Shown piece by piece: positions 11,945-24,265 of a stretch of 64,000 bases of DNA. How positions within the stretch are numbered: the first letter of the stretch is position 1; each line of letters opens with the position of its first letter. Origin of the DNA: Eledone cirrhosa (Eukaryota). A model generated the notes under the pieces. It saw only the letters and a program-made list of their open reading frames with translations, searched no databases and had not been told where the DNA came from. The translations under genes and the position numbers were made by a program. Where the stretch lies: positions 14,942,001 through 15,006,000 of the forward strand of contig OZ024766.1 of NCBI GenBank assembly GCA_964016885.1. Direction: 5' to 3'.

Positions 11945-12620
11945 TCATCATCCTCATCATTACCATTTAATGTCCATTTTCTATGCTAGCATGGGTTAGA
12001 TATACTGTCCCATTGTGAGAAAAGTTGGGTCAGATGGCCATGTCTTGCTTATGCAGAACTGATTTGGGATTGGTTTTGATGGCTGGATGCCCTTCCAAAT
12101 GCCATCCACTTTACAGTGTGGACTGGGCACTTTTTGTTGTGTCACCAACTTGACCACTTTACAATGAGAGCTGAGCACTTTTTGTTGTGGCATTATCACA
12201 ACCATTTTACAGTGTGTGCTGGGCACTTTTTATTGTGGCACTATCACAAGCACTTTATAGTGTGGGCTGGGCACTTTTTGTTGTGGCACTATCACAAGCA
12301 TTTTATAGTGTGGGCTGGGCACATTTTGTTGTGGCACTGTCACAACCACTTTACAATGAGGGCTGGGCACATTTTGTGTCACCAACATGACCACTTTATA
12401 GTGTGGGCTGGGCATTTTCGTTGTGGCACTATCACAACCACTTTACAGCGTGGACTGGGGACTTGAGTAGGGCAGTTGCATGGGGATTGAGGAGGTAGAT
12501 TTAGGGGCATGGGTGAGGGGTGGGGATTTAGTAGCTCACTGACCTTTCTTCAACCCATTCTCACACTGGCTACTGTGCTTTCAGAACACCTTCCTCCACT
12601 GCAAGTAACAGAAACTATGT
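11945..12620 (-). mobile_element. RTE LINE 3' remnant with tandemly repeated ~47-bp UTR unit
   Basis: catttaatgtccattttc tail, repeated ccactttacagtg..gctgggcac units, and an RT C-terminal fragment at 12530-12615. Confidence 0.6.
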
Positions 12621-12664
12621 ACCACTTCTTCATAACCAGCACCACACCCTCTACTGTAACACAC

Positions 12665-12819
12665 CTGTCTTACAGTTGCTATCTTCATAACCATCACCAC
12701 ACACTTCACTGGAACACACACCTGTCTCTGTGTTACATCTAGCTGTTTGTTACACCTGCTGTTGTTAGTACAGTGACATGTGTGTTTACAGTTAGGTCCA
12801 AATTTACCTGTTTTACACC
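12665..12819 (-). pseudogene. EGF-like exon with a 17-bp frameshifting duplication
   Basis: ttttcag|GCKTGKFGPNCKHTCHCTNNSRCNKQ then the insertion; followed by a partial copy of the exon 3' half. Confidence 0.75.
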
Positions 12820-12982
12820 CTGAAAATAAAAATATGGAATGTTCTGCATGAGTATGCGGTCGAAGGACAGCTCCTTGCTCCGATAAATCATGTCACTTCT
12901 AACACATGTAGCATACATGTTTCCCTTCCATGTAATAACCCAATATATTAAGTTAGAAACAAAGCTATACTACACCACTTAC

Positions 12983-13119
12983 CTGTCTGACAGTTGCTAC
13001 CTTCATAACCAACAGCACATCCTCCACTAGAACACACACCTGTCTCTTTGTTACACCTGCTGTTATCAGCACAGTGTCATGTGTATTTACAGTTGGGTCC
13101 AAATTTACCTGTTTACAGA
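12983..13119 (-). pseudogene. EGF-like exon with a 1-nt deletion and a TGT>TGA stop
   Basis: 137 bp with splice sites retained; Cys codon changed to TGA near 13077. Confidence 0.8.
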
Positions 13120-13826
13120 CTGTGGGTATTAAATATGAGAACAATGACAATTACAGCAACATATAACACTATACAAGATAATAAATATCATAATTATATC
13201 ATCTATATATATGGTGGCACATAGCTTAATGGTTAGAGCATTGGCCTTGCAATCGAAAGGTTGTGAGTTCAATTCTCAGACCGGGTGATGTGTTGTTTCC
13301 TTGAGCAAGACACTTTATTTCACATTGCTCCAGTTTACTCAGCTGTAGAAATGAGATGATAGGGACTGGGGTCCCTATCATTCCACTGCAAACTGGTCGT
13401 GGAGGTGCCAAGAATGCACCCAGTACTCACTGAAAATAAGGTTGGTGTTAGGAAGGACATCCAGCTGTAGAAATCAAGCCAGAATCAGTTTCCGTCCCAC
13501 CCTCGCAACCAGGGAAAAGTGGACGTAAAATGATGATGAGTCTAACCCATGCTGGTGTGGAAGATGGACGTTAAACGAAGATGATGATGATATTATAGTG
13601 TTGTCATCTATGATATAGTGATATCATCTATACTATATCTCTACAACCTATATGATATCTATATCATCTGTATTATATCTATATCATCTGTATTATATCT
13701 ATATCATCTGTATTATATCTATATCATCATAACCAGCATCACACCTGTCTCTGTCTGTTTTTTTACACCTGCTGTTGTTTTGTTTCATATATCAAGTTAG
13801 AAACAAATCTGTACTACAGTACTTAC

Positions 13827-13963
13827 CTGTTTGACAGTTGCTACCTTCATAACCAGCAGCACACCTCCACCTGAACACACACCTGTCTCTTTGTTACACC
13901 TGCTGTTATCTGCGCAGTGACATGTGTATTTACAGTTGGCTCCAAATTTACCTGTTTTACAGA
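13827..13963 (-). pseudogene. EGF-like exon, 137 bp (single frameshift, possibly an assembly error)
   Basis: ttttcag|VCKTGKFGANCKYTCHCADNSRCNKETGVCSGG, then a 1-nt loss in a short homopolymer; good gtaagt donor. Confidence 0.7.
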
Positions 13964-14176
13964 CTGAAAATAAAAATATGGAAGTCTAAATATATTTAAT
14001 AATTCACATTAATTTCTGATATTTTCATATTTTACATGGTAGACATTATTTGAATTTTGAAAATGTGAGACCAGAGAAATTGCTTCATGTGACACTGTAA
14101 GAAAACATTAAAGAAAACATTAAAAAAATGAAATGTATATCTTCTTCTTTATCATTAAGAATGTCAGCAGCAGCAC

Positions 14177-14214
<38 letters not shown>

Positions 14215-14747
14215 CAGAGAGAGAGAGAGAGAAGAGAGAGAAGAGAGAGAGAGTAGTTAATAATAAATACAAAGACCAAAATATAGAGAGGGCTCAATAA
14301 GATAAGAGTTTTATGTATATATATATACATATATATGTATCATCATCATCATCATTTTACGTCCACTTTTCCCTGGTTGCGAGGGTGGGACGGAAACTGA
14401 TTCTGGTTTGATTTCTACAGCTGGATGCCCTTCCTAACACCAACCTCATTTACAGTGAGTGCTGGGTGCTTCTTTGCCGTGGCACCTCCACGACCACTTT
14501 GCAGTGGAATGATAGGGACCGCAATCCCTATCATCTCATTTCTACAGCTGAGTAAACTGGAGCAATGTTAAATAAAGTGTCTTGCTCAAGGAAACAACAC
14601 ATCACCCGGTTTGAGAATTGAACTCACAGCCTTTCGATTGCAAGGCCAATGCTCTAACCACTAAGCCATAGAGAGAGAGAGAAGTGAGAGAGTAGTTAAT
14701 AATAAATACAAACACCAAAATCTGGAGAGGGCTCAATAAGATAAGAG

Positions 14748-14796
<49 letters not shown>

Positions 14797-14799
<3 letters not shown>

Positions 14800-16912
14800 T
14801 CATCATCATCATCATCATCATCGTTTAACGTCCATGTTCCACGCTTGCATGGGTTTGGACGGGAGTTTTCCCACTTGAAGCAAGAGTGGTTGTCTTGCTC
14901 GCATAGGACTGTCTGGCGGGTTTTCTACAGCTGGATGCCCTTCCTAACACCAACCGCATTTACAGTGCGGGGCTGGGAGGTTTTTACCGTGTTGCCTACA
15001 CGGCCACATTACAGCGTGGACAGTGTGTTTTTTTGTCGTGACACCTACACGATCTCATTTGTTTCGGCCTGGATGTTGTGGCACCAACATAACTTTACAT
15101 GGAAAGGGGCGGTGTTGATGGGGTGGGGGTGGTGGGACGGGGGTGCATCTTGTTAGATATGCCTACTGACTGTAGTAGGTTTCACTTTGTACATAAGCAA
15201 GGCAGGTCTTCTCTATTACTGAGTACCGCCAAAGGTCTCGGTCCAGTGACACTGTCTTGGAGAGGTGTAAGTGTGTAAGGTCGGAATTTATCAGCTCGTC
15301 CCAGGTTTTTCTGGGTCTGCCTACTCCGTGGCTACCGTCTATCTTTATTGCCCTGCACTTTGTTATACAGCTGTCGTCTTTCATGCGCATCACGTGACCA
15401 TACCAACGTAGCCTTCTCTCGAGTAAACAACATCTGATCCCTCTTATTTCTAATTTTTTCCTTAGTTCGTTTATGCTTTGCCGTTCACGTATATTACTAT
15501 TACACATCCAGCGGAGCATGCAAGCTTCATTCCTCTCTAGTCTGCGTATATCCTCTGCACATAATGCCCAGGTCTCACTGCCATGCAACATTGCTGTTCG
15601 TATGCAAGCATCATACAGCCTGCCTTTCATTTTTAGGGAGAACCCTTTAGCGGCTAATATTGGTATAAGCTCTCTGAACTTTTTCCATCCAGTTCTGACT
15701 CTAGCTACTGTACTTTCAGAGCACCCTCCCCCACTGCTGATTTTGTCACCCAGGTAACGGAAGCTGTCCACTATTTCTATAGAACAATCTGCGCAATTGA
15801 AAGAACTAGTATTTTGTGGGCAATTGCTGCTACTTATTGCACCAGAGCACTGGTCACATGTAAAATCTATGTTCTTAGTTAGCTTACCTGTGATCCCACT
15901 CCATCTTTTATGCACCCATACTTTGCATTTGGGACATAAAATGGAGGTTCTACCTACGCCTTTCCTACACACTGAGCATGGCCACTTCCCGGAAGGGACC
16001 GCCGCCTTATTTTCTTTCTTACAAACTAGAACTTTAGTCTTAGACAGGTTAATTTTAAGGCCTTTTGATTCTAGGCCATGCTTCCATGTTTGAAATTTCT
16101 TCTCTAGTTCAGCCATTGATTCAGCTATGAGCGTTAGATCATCTGCGTATAGGAGTTCCCATGGGTAGCCGGTCTTGAACTCCTCTGTTATAGCCTGAAG
16201 GGCAATAATAAATAGTAGGGGGCTAAGAACGGAGCCCTGATGAACACCAACTTTTATGCTAAACTCTTCACTATATTCATTGTTAATTCTAACCTTGCTA
16301 ACTGTTTCTTTATACATGGCTTGTATAGCTCTCACAAGCCATTCATCAACACCGAGTTTTCTAAGAGCCCACCAGATAATGGAACGGGGAACTCTGTCGA
16401 AGGCTTTCTCCAAGTCGACAAAAGCTAAGTACAGGGGTTTACTTTTAGCTAGGTACTTCTCCTGTAGTTGTCGTACAATGAAAAGAGCGTCTGTGGTACT
16501 TTTACCTGACACAAACCCGAACTGCATTTCATCTAGATCAATTCTCTCTCTGATTAGTTGCGCTATTACTTTTTCTGTGACCTTCATGACCTTGTCGATT
16601 AATTTAATGCCTCTATAGTTACTCCTATCTAGGGCATCTCCTTTACCCTTGTAGCAGTTAATGATGATGCTGCTACGCCAGTCCTTCGGAACAACCTCAT
16701 TCTGTATGATTTGGTTTACTATCCGGGTGACCATGGTGTGTCCCACCGTTCCAGAAGCTTTCAGCGTTTCAGCAACTATTTCTGAAGGCCCAGCCGCCTT
16801 ACCCGTCTTCATGTTTTTGATTGCCTTACTTATTATACTACCTTCGACTAACACTGCTGGTCCCTCTATTGGTTCGATGTGGGGGAGACTGTCTTTCTCC
16901 CATTTATTCTTC
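14797..16912 (-). mobile_element. 5'-truncated RTE-clade LINE (RT ORF 15163-16854 open)
   Basis: RT motifs QFGF, FVDLEKAFD, GVHQGSVLSP, LLYADD; PHD-like finger; LRWYGHV...GRPRKTW; (ATG)n tail. Confidence 0.93.
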
Positions 16913-17480
16913 TATAAAGGCCAGCAATTATTCCAGTGAATTACTGGTACTTTATTCTATCGACCCCGTAAGCATGAAAGGCAAAGTTAACCTCGACAGG
17001 ATTTGAACTCAGATCATAAAGGGAGGTAACTATGCTGGAAAGCATGGCGTCCAATCCTCTACCGATAATATATCATCATCATCATTTCATTTTACGTCCA
17101 CTTTTCCCTTCTTGCAAGGGTGAGACGGGAACTGATTCTGGCTGGATCTCTACAGCTGGATGCTCTTCCTAACACCGACCTCATTTTCAGTGAGTGCTGG
17201 GTGCTTTTTCTCCGTGACACCTGCACGACCACTTTGCAGTGGAATGATAGGGACCCCAGTCCCTATCATCTCATTTCTACAGCTGAGTAAACTGGAGCAA
17301 TGTGAAATAAAGTGTCCCGCTCAAGGAAACAACACATCACCTGGTCTGAGAATTGAACTCACAACCTTTCGATTGCAAGGCCAATGCTCTAACCACTAAG
17401 CCATGTGCCTCCATGTATATATATATAATATATAGTATATAAGGGAGAGGATCAGGAGTGTGTAACACACCCCTTATCCA

Positions 17481-17540
17481 CTCTTATGCTCTGATGAGTC
17501 CCACTTATAGTGTGGACGAAACACTATCAGCAAGTAAAGA
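17481..17540 (+). ncRNA. Type I minimal hammerhead ribozyme motif
   Basis: tgct-CTGATGA-gtcc..ggac-GAAA-cact-ATC-agca; stems I and II pair; the stem III pair 15.2/16.2 is a C.A mismatch. Confidence 0.65.
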
Positions 17541-17611
17541 TATACCTATGCTCTAAGCGTTCTTTGTTGTTAATTATATATAATATATAATAATTTCTAT
17601 ACTTTTTCATT

Positions 17612-17654
<43 letters not shown>

Positions 17655-17779
17655 GTATATATATATATATGAGTATATGCATACACAGACACACACACAT
17701 GTATATGTGTGTGTGTGTATGTATATATATATGTGTGTGTGTGTATGTATATATATATATATATATATGTGTGTGTATG

Positions 17780-17810
<31 letters not shown>

Positions 17811-17975
17811 ATGTATATATATGTGTGTGCGTGTATGTATATATATGTGTGTGTGTATGTATATATATATGTGTGTGTGTATGTATATATATATATATAT
17901 ATGTGTGTGTGTATCTATATATATATATGCGTGTGTGTGTGTATGTATATATATATATGTGTGTGTGTGTGTATG

Positions 17976-18006
<31 letters not shown>

Positions 18007-18264
18007 ATGTATATATATATATATGTGTGTGTGTGTATGTATATATATATATATATGTGTGTGTGTATATGTATATATATATATATATGTGTGTGTGTGT
18101 ATATATATATATGTGTGTGTGTGTATGTATATATATATACATAGATTGATATCTATCTTTACTGGTGACTCATCACAGACAATGACTAAACTATACAGAG
18201 GTTTTTCAACTTACGTCAATGTAACAGATACACACACACACATATATATATATACATGTACACA

Positions 18265-18296
18265 CATGGCAGGTATTTACATAGGTGCAATCACAT

Positions 18297-18329
<33 letters not shown>

Positions 18330-19204
18330 CATGTACACACACGTCAGGTATTTACATAGGTGCAATCACACACAAACACACATATATATATATACATGTA
18401 CACACATGGCCGGTATTTACATAGGTGTAATCACACACACATATATATATATATGTACATGTACACACACGTCAGGTATTTACATAGGTGCAATCACACA
18501 CATACCAATGAAACAAAGTGCCTACGGCACTGATTTCAAGGGGCACTGCCTAGGGCACTGATTTCAAGGGGCACTGCCTAGGGCGCTGATTTCAAGTGGC
18601 ACTGCCTAGGGCGCTGATTTCAAGGGGCACTGATTTCAAGTGGCACTGCCTAGGGCATTTATTTCAAGTGGCACTGCCTAGGACGCTGATTTCTAGTGGC
18701 ACTGCGTAGGGCACTAATTTCAAGTGGAACTACCTAGGGCACTGATTTCAACTGGCACTGCCTAGGACACTGATTTCAAGTGGCACTGCCTAGGGCATTG
18801 ATTTCAAGTGGCACTGCCTAGGGCGCTGATTTCTAGTGGCACTGCCTAGAGCACTGATTTCAAGTGGAGCTGCCTAGGGCGCTGATTTCTAGTGGCACTG
18901 CCTAGGGCACTGATTTCAAGTGGAGCTGCCTAGGGCGCTGATTTCTAGTGGCACTGCCTAGGGCACTGATTTCAAGTGGAGCTGCCTAGGGCACTGATTT
19001 CAAGTGGGGCATTTCTCCAATTAAACAATTTAAAAAAAATAAATAAATAGATATATTTCAGTTTTATTTCATACGGGGACAAATACATGGTGAAAATATA
19101 AAACAAATATTTTTTTATTTATAAATTTTGAAATTGATATTTTCCTTTGAGGGTGCCAGATTGTCAGCTTGCCTAGGGTGCCAGCTAGTCTCTCACCGAC
19201 CCTG
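18265..19204. mobile_element. Probable non-autonomous hAT (Tip100-like) MITE containing a 28-bp minisatellite (18518-19010)
   Basis: Right end caccgaccctg (rc CAGGGTCGGTG); left-like catggccggt; unit ggcactgcctagggcactgatttcaagt. Copies end at 21386 and 24254. Confidence 0.5.
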
Positions 19205-22200
19205 TGTATGCAGATATCATCTTCATCATTCAACGTCCATTTTCCACGCTAGCATGGGTTAGATGAGCCATGTCAGAGGACCATGTTTTGCTCACACAGA
19301 ACTGATTTTGGCTTCATTTCTATGTCTGATTGTCCTAATGCCAACAACAATGTGTACTGGGTGCTTTGATTGCCTTACTTATTATACTACCTTCGACTAA
19401 CACTGCTGGTCCCTCTATTGGGTCGATGTGGGGAAGACTGTCTTTCTCCCATTTATTCTCCTATAGATATATAATTGTTTCCACTTTTGGCACAAGGCCA
19501 GCAATTATCCCAGTGTATTACTGGTACTTTATTCTATCGACCCCGTAAGGATGAAAGGCAAAGTTAACCTCGACAGGATTTGAACTCAGATCATAAAGGG
19601 AGGTAACTATGCTGGAAAGCATGGCGTCCAATCCTCTCCCGATAATATATCATCATCATCATTTCATTTTACGTGCACTTTTCCCTGCTTGCAAGGGTGA
19701 GACGGGAACTGATTCTGGCTTGATCTCTACAGCTGGATGCTCTTCCTAACACCAACCTCATTTACAGTGAGTGCTGGGTGCTTTTTCTCCGTGACACCTC
19801 CACGACCACTTTGCAGTGGAATGATAGGGACCCCAGTCCCTATCATCTCATTTCTACAGCTGAGTAAACTGGAGCAATGTGAAATAAAGTGTCTTGCTCA
19901 AGGAAACAACACATCACCCGGTCTGAGAATTGAACTCACAACCTTTCGATTGCCAGTCCATTGCTCTAACCACTAAGCCATGTGCCTCCATGTATATATA
20001 TATAATATATAATAATCTCTATACTTTTTCATTTATATAATATATATATATATATATAATATATATGTATATATATATATATATATGTGTATATGCATAC
20101 ACAGACACACACATACATATATATATACATACACACACACACGTATATGTGTGTGTGTGTGTATGTATATATATATGTGTGTGTGTGTATGTATATATAT
20201 ATATATATGTGTGTGTATGTATATATATATATATGTGTGTGTGTGTATGTATATATATATATATATGTGTGTGTGTGTATGTATATATATATATATATCT
20301 GTGTGTGTGTATGTATATATATGTGTGTGTGTGTGTATATATATATATGTGTGTGTGTGTGTGTATGTATATATATATATGTGAGAGTGTGTGTGTATAT
20401 ATATATATATATATACATAGATTGATATCTATCTTTACTGGTGACTCATCACAGACAAAGACTAAACTATACAGAGGTTTTTCAACTTACGTCAATGTAA
20501 CAGATACACACACACACATATATATATATACATGTACACACATGGCAGGTATTTACATAGGTGTAATCACACACACATATATATATATATATGTACATGT
20601 ACACACACGTCAGGTATTTACATAGGTGCAATCACACACATATCAATGAAACAAAGTGCCTACGGCACTGATTTCAAGGGGCACTGCCTAGGGCACTGAT
20701 TTCAAGGGGCACTGCCTAGGGCGCTGATTTCAAGTGGCACTGCCTAGGGCGCTGATTTCAAGGGGCAGTGATTTCAAGTGGCACTGCCTAGGGCATTTAT
20801 TTCAAGTGGCACTGCCTAGGACGCTGATTTCTAGTGGCACTGCCTAGGGCACTGATTTCAAGTGGAGCTGCCTAGGGCATTGATTTCAAGTGGCACTGCC
20901 TAGGGCACTGATTTCAAGTGGCACTGCCTAGGACACTGATTTCAAGTGGCACTGCTTTCGAGTGGCACTGCCTAGGGCATTTATTTCAAGTGGCACTGCC
21001 TAGGACGCTGATTTCTAGTGGCACTGCCTAGGGCACTGATTTCAAGTGGAGCTGCCTAGGGCGCTGATTTCTAGTGGCACTGCCTAGGGCACTGATTTCA
21101 AGTGGAGCTGCCTAGGGCGCTGATTTCTAGTGGCACTGCCTAGGGCACTGATTTCAAGTGGAGCTGCCTAGGGCACTGATTTCAAGTGGGGCATTTCTCC
21201 AATTAAACAATTTAAAAAAAATAAATAAATAGATATATTTCAGTTTTATTTCATACAGGGACAAATACATGGTGAAAATATAAAACAAATATGTTTTTAT
21301 TTATAAATTTTGAAATTGATATTTTCCTTTGAGGGTGCCAGATTGTCAGCTTGCCTAGGGTGCCAGCTAGTCTGTCACCGACCCTGTGTATGCAGATATC
21401 ATCTTCATCATTCAGCGTCCATTTTCCACGCTAGCATGGGTTAGATGAGCCATGTCAGAGGACCATGTTTTGCTCACACAGAACTGATTTTGGCTTCATT
21501 TCTATGTCTGATTGTCCTAATGCCAACAACAATGTGTACTGGGTGCTTTGATTGCCTTACTTATTATACTACCTTCGACTAACACTGCTGGTCCCTCTAT
21601 TGGGTCGATGTGGGGAAGACTGTCTTTCTCCCATTTATTCTCCTATAGATATATAATTGTTTCCACTTTTGGCACAAGGCCAGCAATTATTCCAGTGTAT
21701 TACTGGTACTTTATTCTATCGACCCCGTAAGGATGAAAGGTAAAGTTAACCTCGACAGGATTTGAACTCAGATCATAAAGGGAGGTAACTATGCTGGAAA
21801 GCATGGCGTCCAATCCTCTACCGATAATATATCATCATCATCATTTCATTTTACGTGCACTTTTCCCTGCTTGCAAGGGTGAGACGGGAACTGATTCTGG
21901 CTTGATCTCTACAGCTGGATGCTCTTCCTAACACCAACCTCATTTACAGTGAGTGCTGGGTGCTTTTTCTCCGTGACACCTCCACGACCACTTTGCAGTG
22001 GAATGATAGGGACTGGAGTCCCTATCATCTCATTTCTACAGCTGAGTAAACTGGAGCAATGTGAAATAAAGTGTCTTGCTCAAGGAAACAACACATCACC
22101 TGGTCTGAGAATTGAACTCACAACCTTTCGATTGCCAGTCCATTGCTCTAACCACTAAGCCATGTGCCTCCATGTATATATATATAATATATAATAATTT

Positions 22201-22230
22201 CTATACTTTTTCATTTATATAATATATATA

Positions 22231-22278
<48 letters not shown>

Positions 22279-22290
22279 TGTATATATATA

Positions 22291-22680
22291 AATGGAAAAC
22301 TATATTTATAAAACCATATTTATTTCATTATATATATTTCGGGGATATCATATTGACAATATGCTATGCCTTCATCAGACAAAATACAATATAAACAGTT
22401 TTATAGATAAATATATTCGACATACCGTAATAAACATCAACTTCATTTGAAGAGGTTCACTCTAGAGGTTCACTCTAGCTAAATATTTTGTCTGATGAAG
22501 GCATAGCATATTGTTAATATGATATCCCCGAAATATATATAATGAAATAAATATGGTTTTATAAATATAGTTTTCCATTTATTTAATATTGTAAATATAC
22601 TCCAAGTATTTGTCGAGTGCTTTTATATCAGTTATAAATATTTACTAGTTGTAACCCAACAATTTTAAATATAACTTTAC
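22291..22680. mobile_element. Fold-back Penelope-like (PLE) remnant with hammerhead motif on both strands
   Basis: Inverted arms 22288-22386 / 22484-22582; tattttgt-CTGATGA(22492)-stem-GAAA-tatat-ATA-atgaaata; absent from the other two triplication units. Confidence 0.7.
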
Positions 22681-22929
22681 ATATGTATATATATATATAT
22701 GTGTATATGCATACACAGACACACACACACATATATATGTGTGTGTGTGTGTGTATGTATATATATATGTGTGTGTATGTATGTATGTATATATATATAT
22801 ATATATATATGTGTATGTATGTATATATATATATATATGTGTGTGTGTGTATGTATATATATATATATATATGTGTGTGTGTATATATATGTGTGTGTGT
22901 GTGTATGTATATATATATGTGTGTGTGTG

Positions 22930-22970
<41 letters not shown>

Positions 22971-23131
22971 GTGTGTGTCATCATCATCATCATCATGTGT
23001 GTGTATGCATATATATATATGTGTGTGTGTGTATATATATGTATATATATATATATGTGTGTGTGCGTATGTGTATATATATATATATATATGTGTGTGT
23101 GTATGTATATATATATATATATATGTGTGTG

Positions 23132-23174
<43 letters not shown>

Positions 23175-24265
23175 ATGTATATATATATATGTGTGTGTGT
23201 GTATGTATATATATATATATACATAGATTGATATCTATCTTTACTGGTGACCCATCACAGACAAAGACTAAACTATACAGAGGTTTTTCAACTTACGTCA
23301 ATGTAACAGATACACACACACACATATATATATACATGTATACACACATGGCAGGTATTTACATAGGTGCAATCACACACACACACATATATATATATAT
23401 ATACATGTACACACACGTCAGGTATTTACATAGGTGCAATCACACACACACACATATATATATATATACATGTACACACACGTCAGGTATTTACATAGGT
23501 GCAATCACACACATACCAATGAAATAAAGTGCCTAGGGCACTGATTTCAAGTGGAGCTGCCTAGGGCACTGATTTCAAGGGGCACTGCCTAGGGCGCTGA
23601 TTTCAAGTGGTACTGCCTAGGGCACTGATTTCAAGTGGAGCTGCCTAGGGCGCTGATTTCAAGGGGCACTGCCTAGGGCGCTGATTTCAAGTGGCACTGC
23701 CTAGGGCACTGATTTCAAGTGGCACTGCCTAGGGCACTGATTTCAAGTGGAGCTGCCTATGGCGCTGATTTCAAGGGGCACTGCCTAGGGCGCTGATTTC
23801 AAGTGGCACTGCCTAGGGCACTGATTTCAAGTGGAGCTGCCTAGGGCATTGATTTCAAGTGGCACTGCCTAGGGCGCTGATTTCAAGTGGCACTGCCTAG
23901 GGCGCTGATTTGAAGTGGCACTGCCTAGGGCAGTGATTTCAAGTGGCACTGCCTAGGGCACTGATTTCAAGTGGCACTGCCTAGGGCGCTGATTTGTAGT
24001 GGCACTGCCTAGGGCACTGATTTCAAGTGGAGCTGCCTAGGGCATTAATTTCAAGTGGGGCATTTCTCCAATTAAACAATTTAAAAAAAATAAATAAATA
24101 GATATATTTCAGTTTTATTTCATACAGGGACAAATACATGGTGAAAATATAAAACAAATATTTTTTTATTTATAAATTTTGAAATTGATATTTTTTTTGA
24201 GGGTGCCAGATTGTCAGCTTGCCTAGGGTGCCAGGTAGTCTCTCACCGACCCTGTGTATGCAGAT

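Noticed and set aside
14036-14094. Possible upstream exon of the EGF gene (good acceptor ttttcttacag)
   Set aside because: No open frame gives the phase-1 end needed, and the donor is weak.
18195-18230. Donor-like gac|gtaagt in each triplication unit
   Set aside because: Upstream sequence is microsatellite with no acceptor or coding frame.
17653-23527. Cys/Val/Tyr/Ile-rich ORFs
   Set aside because: TA/TG microsatellite artefacts; likewise the HT-rich ORFs at 28310-29265 and 51012-51613.
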